In this document: piece by piece, positions 8,226 through 15,999 of the stretch | How positions within the stretch are numbered: position 1 is the first letter of the stretch | Layout: each line of letters starts with the position of its first letter | NCBI RefSeq assembly: GCF_004365815.1 | Contig: NZ_SODD01000001.1 | Span: 60,001-92,000 of the forward strand | DNA: 32,000 nucleotides | Direction of reading: 5' to 3' | Source: Breznakia blatticola | GTDB lineage: Bacteria > Bacillota_I > Bacilli_A > Erysipelotrichales > Erysipelotrichaceae | The notes under the pieces: model-generated | What the model was told of the DNA's origin: nothing | What the model saw: only the letters and a program-made list of their open reading frames with translations | Database searches by the model: none | Made by a program: the position numbers and the translations under genes

Positions 8226-9356
8226 CTAATAATATCCTCCACCTTGTATTCCAAGGTATTCTTCTAAAGTTAGTCCACTTGCATAAATTGCAGGAGCATG
8301 ACTTCCAACATAACGTAAATGCCATGGTTCTGCTTGATATCCTGTAATATATTCTTTACCTGCTTGATAACGAACAATAAAGCCATATTCATGTGCATGT
8401 TGTGCAATCCATGATGCTTCTGGTTCACTAGTCAAAAGTTGTCCATTTGGACTAATTAAATCAAATGCCAGTCCACTTTGATGTTCACTATGACCTGCTC
8501 GTGCAGAAAATGTATCCGTCGCTGCTTGTCCATAGCTAGCCACATAATTCCAATAGAGTTGGTTTTGATACGAGTAACTGCGATAACCACTATAACTATC
8601 TAAGACTTGTAAGCCATTTGCACGCATGCCTGCAATGAGTTGTTGTAAAGCATATACTGCTTCTCCATTTACTCCTGGTGCATAACTTGCTGGCAACCCA
8701 TATTTCTTATTTACCACAAGTATTCCTTGAACATAGGTTGGTTGAACACTAGTTTGTTCAATTACTGGCTGTGGTTGTATTACCGGTTGTTCTATTGGCT
8801 GTGGAATTGGTTGTGGTTTTTCACCTATATGCACGGATACAGTTTTATGTATCGCATTTTGATATGCATCAGTTGCACTCACATATGCCTCATATGTTCC
8901 AGTTAGAGCAAAATCAACCTTACTTGTATCGATATCCATATGCACATCACTTAAGTCAGTTGCCTCAAAGTGTTGATAAAAATCATAATCACTTGCACCA
9001 TAAGCGACTTCAATCACCTCTACTTCTTTGGTCAGTGTTGGTGCTGTTGTATCTTGTATTTCTAATGTTACAGTTGCTTTTTGTGTTGAATCTTCTACAG
9101 GATAACTAATCACAATTGGATACAATCCAACTGCAGGATATGTATTTTCATCATATGTAATCTTTGATGTATCCATTGTTGATTGTTTTAGTACATCCTT
9201 GTCTTCACAGGATAGAAAATCACTTACTTTAAGACTTAGTGTTTCTCCATATTCTATGCGCAGTATCTTGCGATACACAGTTACATCCGGTGTATCTTCA
9301 CTACTGCCACATCCTACAAGTAAAAAAAGCAACAACACACAATATACTTTTTTCAT
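8226..9356 (-). CDS. Lipoprotein with a C-terminal VanY/M15B D-alanyl-D-alanine carboxypeptidase domain
   Basis: It has a signal peptide plus lipobox (LLVGC). After a P/Q-rich linker come the M15 motifs SGYRSYSYQ, SEHQSGLAFD and EPWHLRY. The stop abuts the start of the AlkD-like gene. Confidence 0.8.
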   Translation of the reverse strand: MKKVYCVLLLFLLVGCGSSEDTPDVTVYRKILRIEYGETLSLKVSDFLSCEDKDVLKQSTMDTSKITYDENTYPAVGLYPIVISYPVEDSTQKATVTLEIQDTTAPTLTKEVEVIEVAYGASDYDFYQHFEATDLSDVHMDIDTSKVDFALTGTYEAYVSATDAYQNAIHKTVSVHIGEKPQPIPQPIEQPVIQPQPVIEQTSVQPTYVQGILVVNKKYGLPASYAPGVNGEAVYALQQLIAGMRANGLQVLDSYSGYRSYSYQNQLYWNYVASYGQAATDTFSARAGHSEHQSGLAFDLISPNGQLLTSEPEASWIAQHAHEYGFIVRYQAGKEYITGYQAEPWHLRYVGSHAPAIYASGLTLEEYLGIQGGGYY

Positions 9357-9376
9357 AATCTGTCCCTCTTACAAAC

Positions 9377-9404
9377 ATTTTAGCACGAAAAAAAGCAGTT
9401 ACAA
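9377..9404 (-). promoter_or_regulatory. Putative promoter for the VanY-like gene
   Basis: On the minus strand it reads TTGTAA (9404..9399), a 16-nt spacer, then TGcTAAAAT (extended -10, 9385..9377). It is embedded in the rpmF terminator. Confidence 0.4.
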
Positions 9405-9418
9405 ACTGTAAGCTGCTT
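9388..9418 (-). terminator. Rho-independent terminator after rpmF
   Basis: The minus-sense RNA reads AGCAGCUUACA-GUU-UGUAACUGCU (one bulge) followed by a run of seven U. Confidence 0.65.
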
Positions 9419-9435
9419 TCATCACTCTAAATTAA

Positions 9436-9612
9436 CTATTTTGCTTCTGGAACGATTTGTTTACCGTTGTAGTTTCCACATTCACACATTCTGTGTGGAC
9501 GCACATAATCACCACAAGCTGGACATGTTGTCAATGTAGGTTTCACTAATTTATAGTGCGTTCTTCTTTTTGCTTTTCTGTGTTTAGAACCACGTCTTTG
9601 TTGAACAGCCAT
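9436..9612 (-). CDS. rpmF: 50S ribosomal protein L32
   Basis: I translated this by hand: MAVQQRRGSKHRKAKRRTHYKLVKPTLTTCPACGDYVRPHRMCECGNYNGKQIVPEAK, 58 aa, which is below the track cutoff. An SD (GAGGAGG) is upstream and it follows yceD as usual. Confidence 0.9.
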   Translation of the reverse strand: MAVQQRRGSKHRKAKRRTHYKLVKPTLTTCPACGDYVRPHRMCECGNYNGKQIVPEAK

Positions 9613-9623
9613 AAATACCTCCT

Positions 9624-10139
9624 CTAGTCTTCTTCGATCTTAAACTCGGCTAGCTTTGCTAATCGAGGATCCACTTCATCTTTTTTACGTTTTTGGTAAT
9701 CACTTTCGCTAATTACCTCCCAACCTTCTCCTTTTGGATATTCCTTAATATCGTCTTTAACAACTTTTAAGGGAACTTCCATCATGATATCTTGGAAAAT
9801 AATCGGCAATAGTTCAATTACATCACCTTTAGCTTCGTGTAAGTCTTCAGTATCATCTACTTTGCGAAACGCAAATACTTCAGTAGGTTCAATATCAAAT
9901 GGATAAGGAACATCTTCATTCGTAATCGCACAAGGTAAAATCATTTCGCCACTGATTTCCATGTCTACTGTGACCAAGTCACTTTTTCCATCGTAATCAA
10001 GACTACCTTCAACATGCACATCCTTCAGGTCGCGTAGTTGGTGGATTTTCGCAAAAGTCTCTTTCGGAAATGTTAAATCTTCTTGAAAAGAAATAACTCC
10101 ATCTTTTGTATTTAACAAGTCATTCTTTGACCATTTCAC
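9624..10139 (-). CDS. yceD: YceD/YlbN (DUF177) protein
   Basis: The DUF177 pattern and acidic C-terminus are present, and it sits upstream of rpmF. The GTG at 10139 (MKWSKND...) is preferred because GAGGTG lies 6 nt upstream. The track start at 10148 and the ATG at 10145 are too close to the SD. Confidence 0.8.
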   Translation of the reverse strand: MKWSKNDLLNTKDGVISFQEDLTFPKETFAKIHQLRDLKDVHVEGSLDYDGKSDLVTVDMEISGEMILPCAITNEDVPYPFDIEPTEVFAFRKVDDTEDLHEAKGDVIELLPIIFQDIMMEVPLKVVKDDIKEYPKGEGWEVISESDYQKRKKDEVDPRLAKLAEFKIEED

Positions 10140-10166
10140 GATCATCACCTCATTGCCTGCCTAAAT

Positions 10167-10194
10167 ATTATAGCAAAAGTCGACGATAAGTCAA
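10167..10194 (-). promoter_or_regulatory. Sigma-A promoter for yceD-rpmF
   Basis: On the minus strand it reads TTGACT (10194..10189), a 16-nt spacer, then TATAAT (10172..10167). Confidence 0.6.
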
Positions 10195-10290
10195 CAAAAG
10201 ATTGGGATATTTCCACACCAAAAATCGTTGCTGTTTTTCGCGCTTTTGATAATATACTTCCCTATCTTATAACACTTTTCAAAAAAGGCA

Positions 10291-10323
10291 AGAAAAAACA
10301 CCAAAGATTTATGACCTTTGATG
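10291..10323 (-). terminator. Rho-independent terminator after the nucleotidyltransferase gene
   Basis: The minus-sense RNA reads CAUCAAAG-GUCAUAAAU-CUUUGGUG (one G-U pair) followed by UUUUUUCUU. Confidence 0.55.
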
Positions 10324-10337
10324 CTTTTATTACATTC

Positions 10338-11255
10338 TTATTTAGACCAAAGTGGTACTGGATACTTACCTTCATCGATAAGTTTTTTAATTCCTGCTTT
10401 TACTTTTGGTTTATCTTCTTGATAGGTTACACCATACCAAGAATCACTACTTGATAATACATCAACACTTACTTTGTTTTCACGAACCATTTTTCCCACT
10501 TCTTTTGGAATAAAGAATTCTGATTTTAGTAGATTTGATGGTACTTCTTCTTTAAAGAAATTCACAAAGTCTTCTTTCATATATTGAATGAAGTTTGGAT
10601 TGAATCCCCAGAAGTTTAATGAAACTAGACGATTTGGATCTAATTCATGGTAAGTTGCTCCTGCATCTTCTGTATAAAAGATATGTCCATCTTCACGTTT
10701 TTCAATACTTGTTAGTTCTTGAATATCACTTAATTTATTGTTTTCTACATTACATACACCACGTGCAACACTTCCATTATCACTTACCGTATTTTGTAGT
10801 AAATAACCAACCATTGCATAGTTATTTTCATCTGTATTATTTACTAGGAAGTCATGGATTTTTACGAATGCTTCTTGTCCATAGTAGTCATCCGCATTAA
10901 TTACACAGAAAGGTGCATCAATGACATCTTCACAGCATAATAAAGCATGTCCTGTCCCCCATGGTTTTTCACGACCTTCAGGAATACTGCATCCTTCAGG
11001 AATTTTTGTCATATCTTGGAATACGTATTTTACTGGGAAATGTTCAGCGATTTTGTTTCCGATTGCTTCTTTAAAGTCTTTTTCAATTGCTTCTTTGATA
11101 ATAAAGATAACTTCATCAAATCCAGCACGTTTTGCATCGAACACACTTAGTTCGAGAATGATTTCTCCATTAGGTCCGATTGGATCGATTTGTTTTAATC
11201 CTCCATAACGGCTCCCCATTCCAGCCGCTAACACAACTAAACTTGTTTTTTTCAT
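10338..11255 (-). CDS. Sugar-phosphate nucleotidyltransferase family protein (specificity unknown)
   Basis: The 305-aa ORF has the N-terminal signature VVLAAGMGSRYGGLKQ typical of NTP-transferase folds. An SD (GAGGT) lies 8 nt upstream. Confidence 0.65.
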   Translation of the reverse strand: MKKTSLVVLAAGMGSRYGGLKQIDPIGPNGEIILELSVFDAKRAGFDEVIFIIKEAIEKDFKEAIGNKIAEHFPVKYVFQDMTKIPEGCSIPEGREKPWGTGHALLCCEDVIDAPFCVINADDYYGQEAFVKIHDFLVNNTDENNYAMVGYLLQNTVSDNGSVARGVCNVENNKLSDIQELTSIEKREDGHIFYTEDAGATYHELDPNRLVSLNFWGFNPNFIQYMKEDFVNFFKEEVPSNLLKSEFFIPKEVGKMVRENKVSVDVLSSSDSWYGVTYQEDKPKVKAGIKKLIDEGKYPVPLWSK

Positions 11256-11333
11256 GTTTTATTTACCTCTTCTAGACACTATTCTATCATATTCCTAATT
11301 TTATTTGCACTTGAAATCCTATATACTATGTAT

Positions 11334-12443
11334 ATGAGAAAATTAACAGTATGCGGAATCGTATGTGAATACAACCCTTTCCACAACGGACACATCCATC
11401 ATATCCAACAAGCCAAAGTCATCAGTAAATGCGATGTACTTGTTTGCATCATGAGTGGTAACTTTGTCCAACGTGGAGAACCTGCAATTATCGACAAATG
11501 GGAGCGCACAAAAATAGCACTTGATTATGGTGTGGATATCGTAGTTGAACTGCCATATATTTATGCAACGCAAAGTGCCAACCACTTCGCAAAAGCAAGT
11601 ATTGATATACTAAAAATGATGCAAGTTGACTGTATTGTCTTTGGAAGTGAATCCAATGATGTATCTTTTTTACATTCCTTAGTCGCAAAAGAAAAACAAC
11701 TTATCAAAAAGCCAGGACAGTCGAGTGCAAAAGCTTATGAAGAAATGTTTGGAGACTTATCACCAAATGATATTCTTGGTTACAACTATATCAAAGCCAT
11801 AGGTGATGCACCTATTGCAGCCTATACAATTCAACGTACCAATGCATATCATGGGAAGCAGCTTACGGGAAGTGTATCTAGCGCAACGAGTATTCGTAAC
11901 CAAATCGCTAATCAACAAGTTGTTTCAAATACGACACCAATGACAAACTTAGATGATCGCTTTCTTATGGAGCATTACTTTCCCTTTATCAAGTATCAAC
12001 TTCAAGTACTATCGAAACAAGAACTTGCAGCGATTTTCTTAATGGATGAAGGAATGGAAAGTCATTTATATAAACAAGTAGAACTTGCAGTCAGTTATGA
12101 TGACTTTATCAAACGTGCTATCACGAAACGTTACACGAAAGCAAGCATCCAAAGAAGTTTGATTCATTTGCTTACTCACACCACAAAACAAGTGGTAAAT
12201 AGCTTACCTGCACTGGATTACGTACGTATTCTTGGCTTTAATCAAACAGGGCAAAACTATCTAGCAAATATTAAAGAGGATATCCACCTAGCAAGTAGTT
12301 TTGGACAAATTCCACAAGTCTATCGCGATATGGAATATAAAGCTGCACAAGTCTATGCAAGTGTATTACCACTAGATAAACAAGCTGCTTTTATCAAAAA
12401 GGAAATCCAACAGCCAATCATAAAAAAAGATAGCGTTTTTTAG
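11334..12443 (+). CDS. tmcAL: tRNA(Met) cytidine acetate ligase TmcAL (YlbM/UPF0348 nucleotidyltransferase)
   Basis: The motif CEYNPFHNGHIHHI (HxGH) and an overall YlbM-like layout are present. The start is taken at MRKLTVCG; there is no obvious SD, and the ATG at 11328 is an alternative. Confidence 0.8.
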   Translation: MRKLTVCGIVCEYNPFHNGHIHHIQQAKVISKCDVLVCIMSGNFVQRGEPAIIDKWERTKIALDYGVDIVVELPYIYATQSANHFAKASIDILKMMQVDCIVFGSESNDVSFLHSLVAKEKQLIKKPGQSSAKAYEEMFGDLSPNDILGYNYIKAIGDAPIAAYTIQRTNAYHGKQLTGSVSSATSIRNQIANQQVVSNTTPMTNLDDRFLMEHYFPFIKYQLQVLSKQELAAIFLMDEGMESHLYKQVELAVSYDDFIKRAITKRYTKASIQRSLIHLLTHTTKQVVNSLPALDYVRILGFNQTGQNYLANIKEDIHLASSFGQIPQVYRDMEYKAAQVYASVLPLDKQAAFIKKEIQQPIIKKDSVF

Positions 12444-12448
12444 CTATC
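12421..12448 (-). terminator. Hairpin spanning the overlapping stop codons of tmcAL and the nuclease gene (terminator-like, better in the minus sense)
   Basis: GATAGC (12429-12434), an 8-nt loop and GCTATC (12443-12448) form the hairpin. In the minus sense seven U follow; in the plus sense CUUUCUU follows. Confidence 0.4.
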
Positions 12449-13045
12449 CTTTCTTAAAACATTACTTCGAATATAATCACATAGTTCTTGCCAATTGTTA
12501 TCTTTGCCATTGACATCAATTTTATTCAACAATTCTCGTTTACTTTCTTTATGCTTGCATATTTTTGAACTTAAATTGAATAAATCAATTTCTTTTACTG
12601 TTTTTTTATTTTCATAAAAACTCCAGACAAATCCATCTGTTAAAATAACAGTTTTATTTATCTCACAGTACTCGTTAACTTCAAGTTTCGTATGATATAA
12701 ATCTTTCGCAGTAGGGACTTTAATTTCTATAAGTGCTAAATAGTCAATATCGACACTATCTTTATTCTTTATATTCCATTTTCTTGCAATTAATAAATCC
12801 GGTGTATAATGTTTAGCAATTTTCCCTCTATCAAAAGTATCTCGATTATCCCAATTTTTGTACAGCGTAGAAACATCTACAACACGGATATCATTATTTT
12901 GAATATCATTATTCATATCAATTAGTTCGCGAAGATATGGCATTATCAATGAATTTTGATAGTTTATTTCTCGATTATCGTTATCTAGATAGTATCGTAA
13001 TTCATCTTTGTATTTCTTAAATATTTCTTCATACCTATCAGTCAT
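12440..13045 (-). CDS. Solitary PD-(D/E)xK nuclease-fold protein, HsdR-N-terminal-domain-like (hypothetical)
   Basis: The 201-aa ORF has motifs in order: REINYQNSL helix, RVVDVS, TPDLLIA (D83), ALIEIKVP (E107, K109), ILTDGFVWSFY. An SD (AGGGGA) lies 5 nt upstream. The gene is markedly AT-rich and N/K/D/I-rich. Confidence 0.55.
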   Translation of the reverse strand: MTDRYEEIFKKYKDELRYYLDNDNREINYQNSLIMPYLRELIDMNNDIQNNDIRVVDVSTLYKNWDNRDTFDRGKIAKHYTPDLLIARKWNIKNKDSVDIDYLALIEIKVPTAKDLYHTKLEVNEYCEINKTVILTDGFVWSFYENKKTVKEIDLFNLSSKICKHKESKRELLNKIDVNGKDNNWQELCDYIRSNVLRKDS

Positions 13046-13061
13046 ATTAATCCCCTATTTT

Positions 13062-13559
13062 TTATAATTTATATTCATATAAAGCGGTTAAATAACCTTT
13101 ACCTAAATCCACGATTTCAACAAGTGTGAAACCATTACGTTCATAATATGCACGTAGTGGTTTTTTATATGCGCGCACATCAAGTTTTACAACTGCATAT
13201 CCTTGTTTACGTCCAAGTTCTTTAAAGTAATCTAACATCATAGTTGATATACCTGATTTACTTGCTTCATCTAAGACCATAACTTTGTGGATATATAATG
13301 CTTCTTTTGGTTTATCATGTAGCCAATACGTTGGATCATAATCAACCACACTAAACGTTGCCACCGGTTTATTATCACGATATACAATGTAGAAGTTTGT
13401 AATATCATAATCCTTAGATAAGGCATCCCATGTGACTTCATCTAGTTCCCATTGCACAATATCTTTTGCAGCTAGTTCATGTACTTTTGTCGTTAATAGG
13501 TTTTCCACAACCATTTCATCACCAGGTTGTGCCTGTCGAATTTGAATATCATATTTCAT
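13062..13559 (-). CDS. GNAT family N-acetyltransferase
   Basis: The layout is GNAT-like (IRQAQPGD..., ...LRAYYERNGF). The start is taken at MKYDIQIR; the track start at 13583 adds 8 aa and has no SD. Confidence 0.7.
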   Translation of the reverse strand: MKYDIQIRQAQPGDEMVVENLLTTKVHELAAKDIVQWELDEVTWDALSKDYDITNFYIVYRDNKPVATFSVVDYDPTYWLHDKPKEALYIHKVMVLDEASKSGISTMMLDYFKELGRKQGYAVVKLDVRAYKKPLRAYYERNGFTLVEIVDLGKGYLTALYEYKL

Positions 13560-13611
13560 AAAAATAGTGTAGCAAACCTCCATAAAAAAAGAAAGAATGT
13601 TTTTTCTTTCC

Positions 13612-14052
13612 TTATACGTTTTTCGGTTTTACTTTTGTTGCTACAAGTTGCAAGATATCTTCTATATCTTCATCACTAGTAATGGAATCATGTATCCAAC
13701 CACCCTGTTCTCCACATGGATATCTATTTTGCCATAGTTCTTGCGTCTTTGGCTGCAAGTTTGGAAGCAATGTTTCCATTTTTGGTGCAGCTTTATCATT
13801 GAGTGATACTGTACAACAAAATCCATTTGCTTCAAAAAAGATATACAGCAATAGTGTCTTTTTATGTGCATATCGATACGCCCATCCATAGGAACTACCA
13901 AATGGAAACTTCAATTCTTTTTGCAAAGCATATCTCTTAGCCAAGGCTTGTTCAAAATGTTGTAGCCGCATAAACGCTTCATTACCAATAAACGTATGAA
14001 TTTCTTGGCTTGTTGGTATAACATCTTTATTTACAAGTCGTAGTTTTTCCAT
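13612..14052 (-). CDS. DUF3788-like protein
   Basis: From memory, the pattern (FPFGSSYGWAYRY...LLYIFF...FCCTVSL) resembles DUF3788. The start at MEKLRLV has AAGAGGA 8 nt upstream. Confidence 0.5.
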   Translation of the reverse strand: MEKLRLVNKDVIPTSQEIHTFIGNEAFMRLQHFEQALAKRYALQKELKFPFGSSYGWAYRYAHKKTLLLYIFFEANGFCCTVSLNDKAAPKMETLLPNLQPKTQELWQNRYPCGEQGGWIHDSITSDEDIEDILQLVATKVKPKNV

Positions 14053-14087
14053 CACTTTAATCCTCTTTTTCATTGTAGCATACAAGT

Positions 14088-14117
14088 AAAGAAAAACACC
14101 TCAATAATATGAAGTGT
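14088..14117 (-). terminator. Rho-independent terminator after yebC
   Basis: The minus-sense RNA reads ACACUUCA-UAUUAU-UGAGGUGU (one G-U pair) followed by UUUUCUUU. Confidence 0.55.
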
Positions 14118-14127
14118 TTGTCGTAAA

Positions 14128-14850
14128 TTATAGACCTTCTACGTTGTGGTAAACGTTTTGTACATCATCAACATCATCAAGTAATGTTAATAAACGTTCA
14201 AATAGCATTTTGTCATCACCTTCAAGCGTTACGTATTCATTTGGCACCATTGTTTGTTCGAGTACATCAAATGTTACGCCAGGAATCAATGCTTCGATTT
14301 CATCCTTCGCTTTGTATAAATCTTGTGGTGCGACAGTTACTGCCATGTGTCCATCTTCTATTTCAATTTCTTTAACATCAACATCAGCTGTCAATAAAGT
14401 TTCTAGCATTGTATCTTCATCTTCATATGCAAAGACAAGTTGTCCTACACTTTCATAGTTAAATGATACAGAACCACTCACTCCAATTTTCGCTTTTGCT
14501 TTGTTGAAAGCTCCACGTAAATCTGCAATGGTACGGTTTGCATTATCCGTTAAACATTCAATAACGATTGTCGCAAGACCACCACTACCAAATCCTTCAT
14601 ATACTGAACTTTGATAGTTTTCGTCACTTCCACCTTTAGCTTTATCAATCGCACGTTTAATTACATCCGCAGGTACTTGATTCGCTTTTGCTCTTTCTAC
14701 AACTTTCTTTAAGTTGGAATTCATTTCAGGATCTGGTTCACCATTCTTTGCAGCTACATAGATCTCTTTTCCAAATTTTGAATAAACTTTTGTTTTTGCA
14801 GCAGCCGTTTTGGCCATGCTGGCTTTTCGTACTTCAAAGGCACGTCCCAT
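14128..14850 (-). CDS. yebC: YebC/PmpR family DNA-binding/translation-associated protein
   Basis: The N-terminus MGRAFEVRKASMAKT... is canonical. An SD (GGAGAGTG) precedes the ATG at 14850; the track's 18-aa upstream extension is rejected. Confidence 0.9.
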   Translation of the reverse strand: MGRAFEVRKASMAKTAAAKTKVYSKFGKEIYVAAKNGEPDPEMNSNLKKVVERAKANQVPADVIKRAIDKAKGGSDENYQSSVYEGFGSGGLATIVIECLTDNANRTIADLRGAFNKAKAKIGVSGSVSFNYESVGQLVFAYEDEDTMLETLLTADVDVKEIEIEDGHMAVTVAPQDLYKAKDEIEALIPGVTFDVLEQTMVPNEYVTLEGDDKMLFERLLTLLDDVDDVQNVYHNVEGL

Positions 14851-14875
14851 AGTTATCACTCTCCAAATCGTACCT

Positions 14876-14904
14876 ATTATAACAAATAAGTGTCTCTGGC
14901 ACAA
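14876..14904 (-). promoter_or_regulatory. Promoter for yebC
   Basis: On the minus strand it reads TTGTGC (14904..14899), a 17-nt spacer, then TGtTATAAT (extended -10, 14884..14876). Confidence 0.5.
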
Positions 14905-14941
14905 TTTCCAAATACATAAAATATATTTTTTTTATTCTGAC

Positions 14942-14974
14942 TAAAAAAGATATACAGAATCTTCATTCTATATA
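14942..14974 (-). terminator. Rho-independent terminator after the small lipoprotein gene
   Basis: The minus-sense RNA reads UAUAUAGAAU-GAAG-AUUCUGUAUA (one G-U pair) followed by UCUUUUUU. Confidence 0.55.
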
Positions 14975-14987
14975 CCTTGTGGTTTTG

Positions 14988-15389
14988 TTATTTATTTGTT
15001 TGTTCAAATTGCTTATCAATAAACTCACTCAACTTACTTGCAAGCTTTTTATCTTTTGCTTCTTGATACCCATGTTTTGCATTTTGGTTGTTTCGATAAT
15101 ACACCGTTCCATCCTCACAAACATAGTACGTATGAATTACATTTTTCATCGATATATAGATTCCATGTGCATCTCCTGGCGTTTGCTCAGTATCCACAAA
15201 CTCTAAATCATTGATAATTGTTGATATTTCTTCATAACAGCTTTGATCAACTTCAATAGTTTTATGTAAATCTTGTATATGACTTAATTCCATATTTTCA
15301 ATTTTCTCTGCTTTGATACTTTTTGATGCACAACCTACCAACAATATAGCGCAAACAAGTGCACATAATCCTCTTCTTTTATCTCCCAT
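14988..15389 (-). CDS. Small lipoprotein, unknown function
   Basis: The 133-aa ORF has a signal peptide with lipobox (ILLVGCAS). An SD (GAGGTG) is upstream. Confidence 0.7.
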   Translation of the reverse strand: MGDKRRGLCALVCAILLVGCASKSIKAEKIENMELSHIQDLHKTIEVDQSCYEEISTIINDLEFVDTEQTPGDAHGIYISMKNVIHTYYVCEDGTVYYRNNQNAKHGYQEAKDKKLASKLSEFIDKQFEQTNK

Positions 15390-15446
15390 ATAACACCTCT
15401 ACTATTATTAATAGCATACAAACTGTATTAAGTCAATCATACAGTT

Positions 15447-15989
15447 TTATTCTTGTAGAAACTTTGCCCAAGTGCGTGGTGTATCATCTTTGTGTATCAC
15501 CCAATATTGCAGTGTTTCTACATATGCATCTACTTGCTTTTGGATATATGGTTTACAGTTCTCGATTCCATATTGATGAACCATCGCTGTAATTTGATAT
15601 ATTGGTAACCCTAAAGCATGCGTTGGTGTATGAACGACACTACATGCTTGCCCAATCGCATGACATAGTGCAATATCTTTTTTATCATCTATTGTTTTGG
15701 CAAATGCGTGGAAATCAAGAATCATCCGTTTTGCTTCTGGCATTTTGCACTTCCCTTGTGCCCAACATGTCGCTTTATCAACCACGTCTGTAATAATTGA
15801 TGCATCTGGATATCTAGGTTGCAATTCTTGAGCCAGTCGATTTGCATAATCTAGACCCCATAAAACAACCACTTGACGCTCTGCTTGTTTACACGCTTGA
15901 TCTAATGGATGCAACAATTCACTATCTTGTCCAATCAAGATTGTATTCTTTCTTTTATATCTTGCTTCAATTTCTGTAAACCAGTCCAT
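15447..15989 (-). CDS. Helical cytoplasmic protein resembling Imm5-like putative immunity proteins
   Basis: The 180-aa ORF has the pattern VVVLWGLDYANRL...ATCWAQGK...AKRMILDFHAFAK...CHAIGQACSVVHTPTHALG. From memory this recalls the all-helical putative immunity family often mis-annotated as SbcC. An SD (AAGGAG) overlaps the stop of the upstream gene. Confidence 0.4.
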   Translation of the reverse strand: MDWFTEIEARYKRKNTILIGQDSELLHPLDQACKQAERQVVVLWGLDYANRLAQELQPRYPDASIITDVVDKATCWAQGKCKMPEAKRMILDFHAFAKTIDDKKDIALCHAIGQACSVVHTPTHALGLPIYQITAMVHQYGIENCKPYIQKQVDAYVETLQYWVIHKDDTPRTWAKFLQE

Positions 15990-15999
15990 AGTTCTCCTT

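Noticed and set aside
10246-10273. A promoter-like TTGATA-N16-TATAAC on the plus strand, pointing into the 3' end of the nucleotidyltransferase gene.
   Set aside because: There is no plus-strand ORF downstream. In AT-rich DNA such matches arise by chance, and an antisense RNA cannot be supported from sequence alone.
11305-11336. A possible leaderless or SD-less start for tmcAL, with promoter-like hexamers (TTGCAC, TATACT, TACTAT) just upstream.
   Set aside because: No combination gives a consistent -35/-10 spacing with a TSS at either ATG (11328 or 11334). This cannot be decided without TSS data.
14851-14904. N-terminal extensions suggested by the ORF track for yebC. The same issue arises for rnhC (22306-22458), znuB (30730-30843), the 154-aa orphan (29465-29551), the DUF3788-like gene (14053-14085), the SseB-like gene (5453-5488) and nox (23977-23982).
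   Set aside because: In each case an internal start has a proper SD at 5-9 nt and yields the canonical family N-terminus. The extension would overlap a neighbouring gene, promoter or terminator.
15420-15446. A perfect 9-bp inverted repeat, AAACTGTAT-N10-ATACAGTTT, immediately after the Imm5-like gene.
   Set aside because: In the gene's (minus) sense it lacks a U tract. The U-rich side is on the plus strand, where nothing is transcribed toward it. It is an AT-only stem with a long loop, so I did not call it a terminator.
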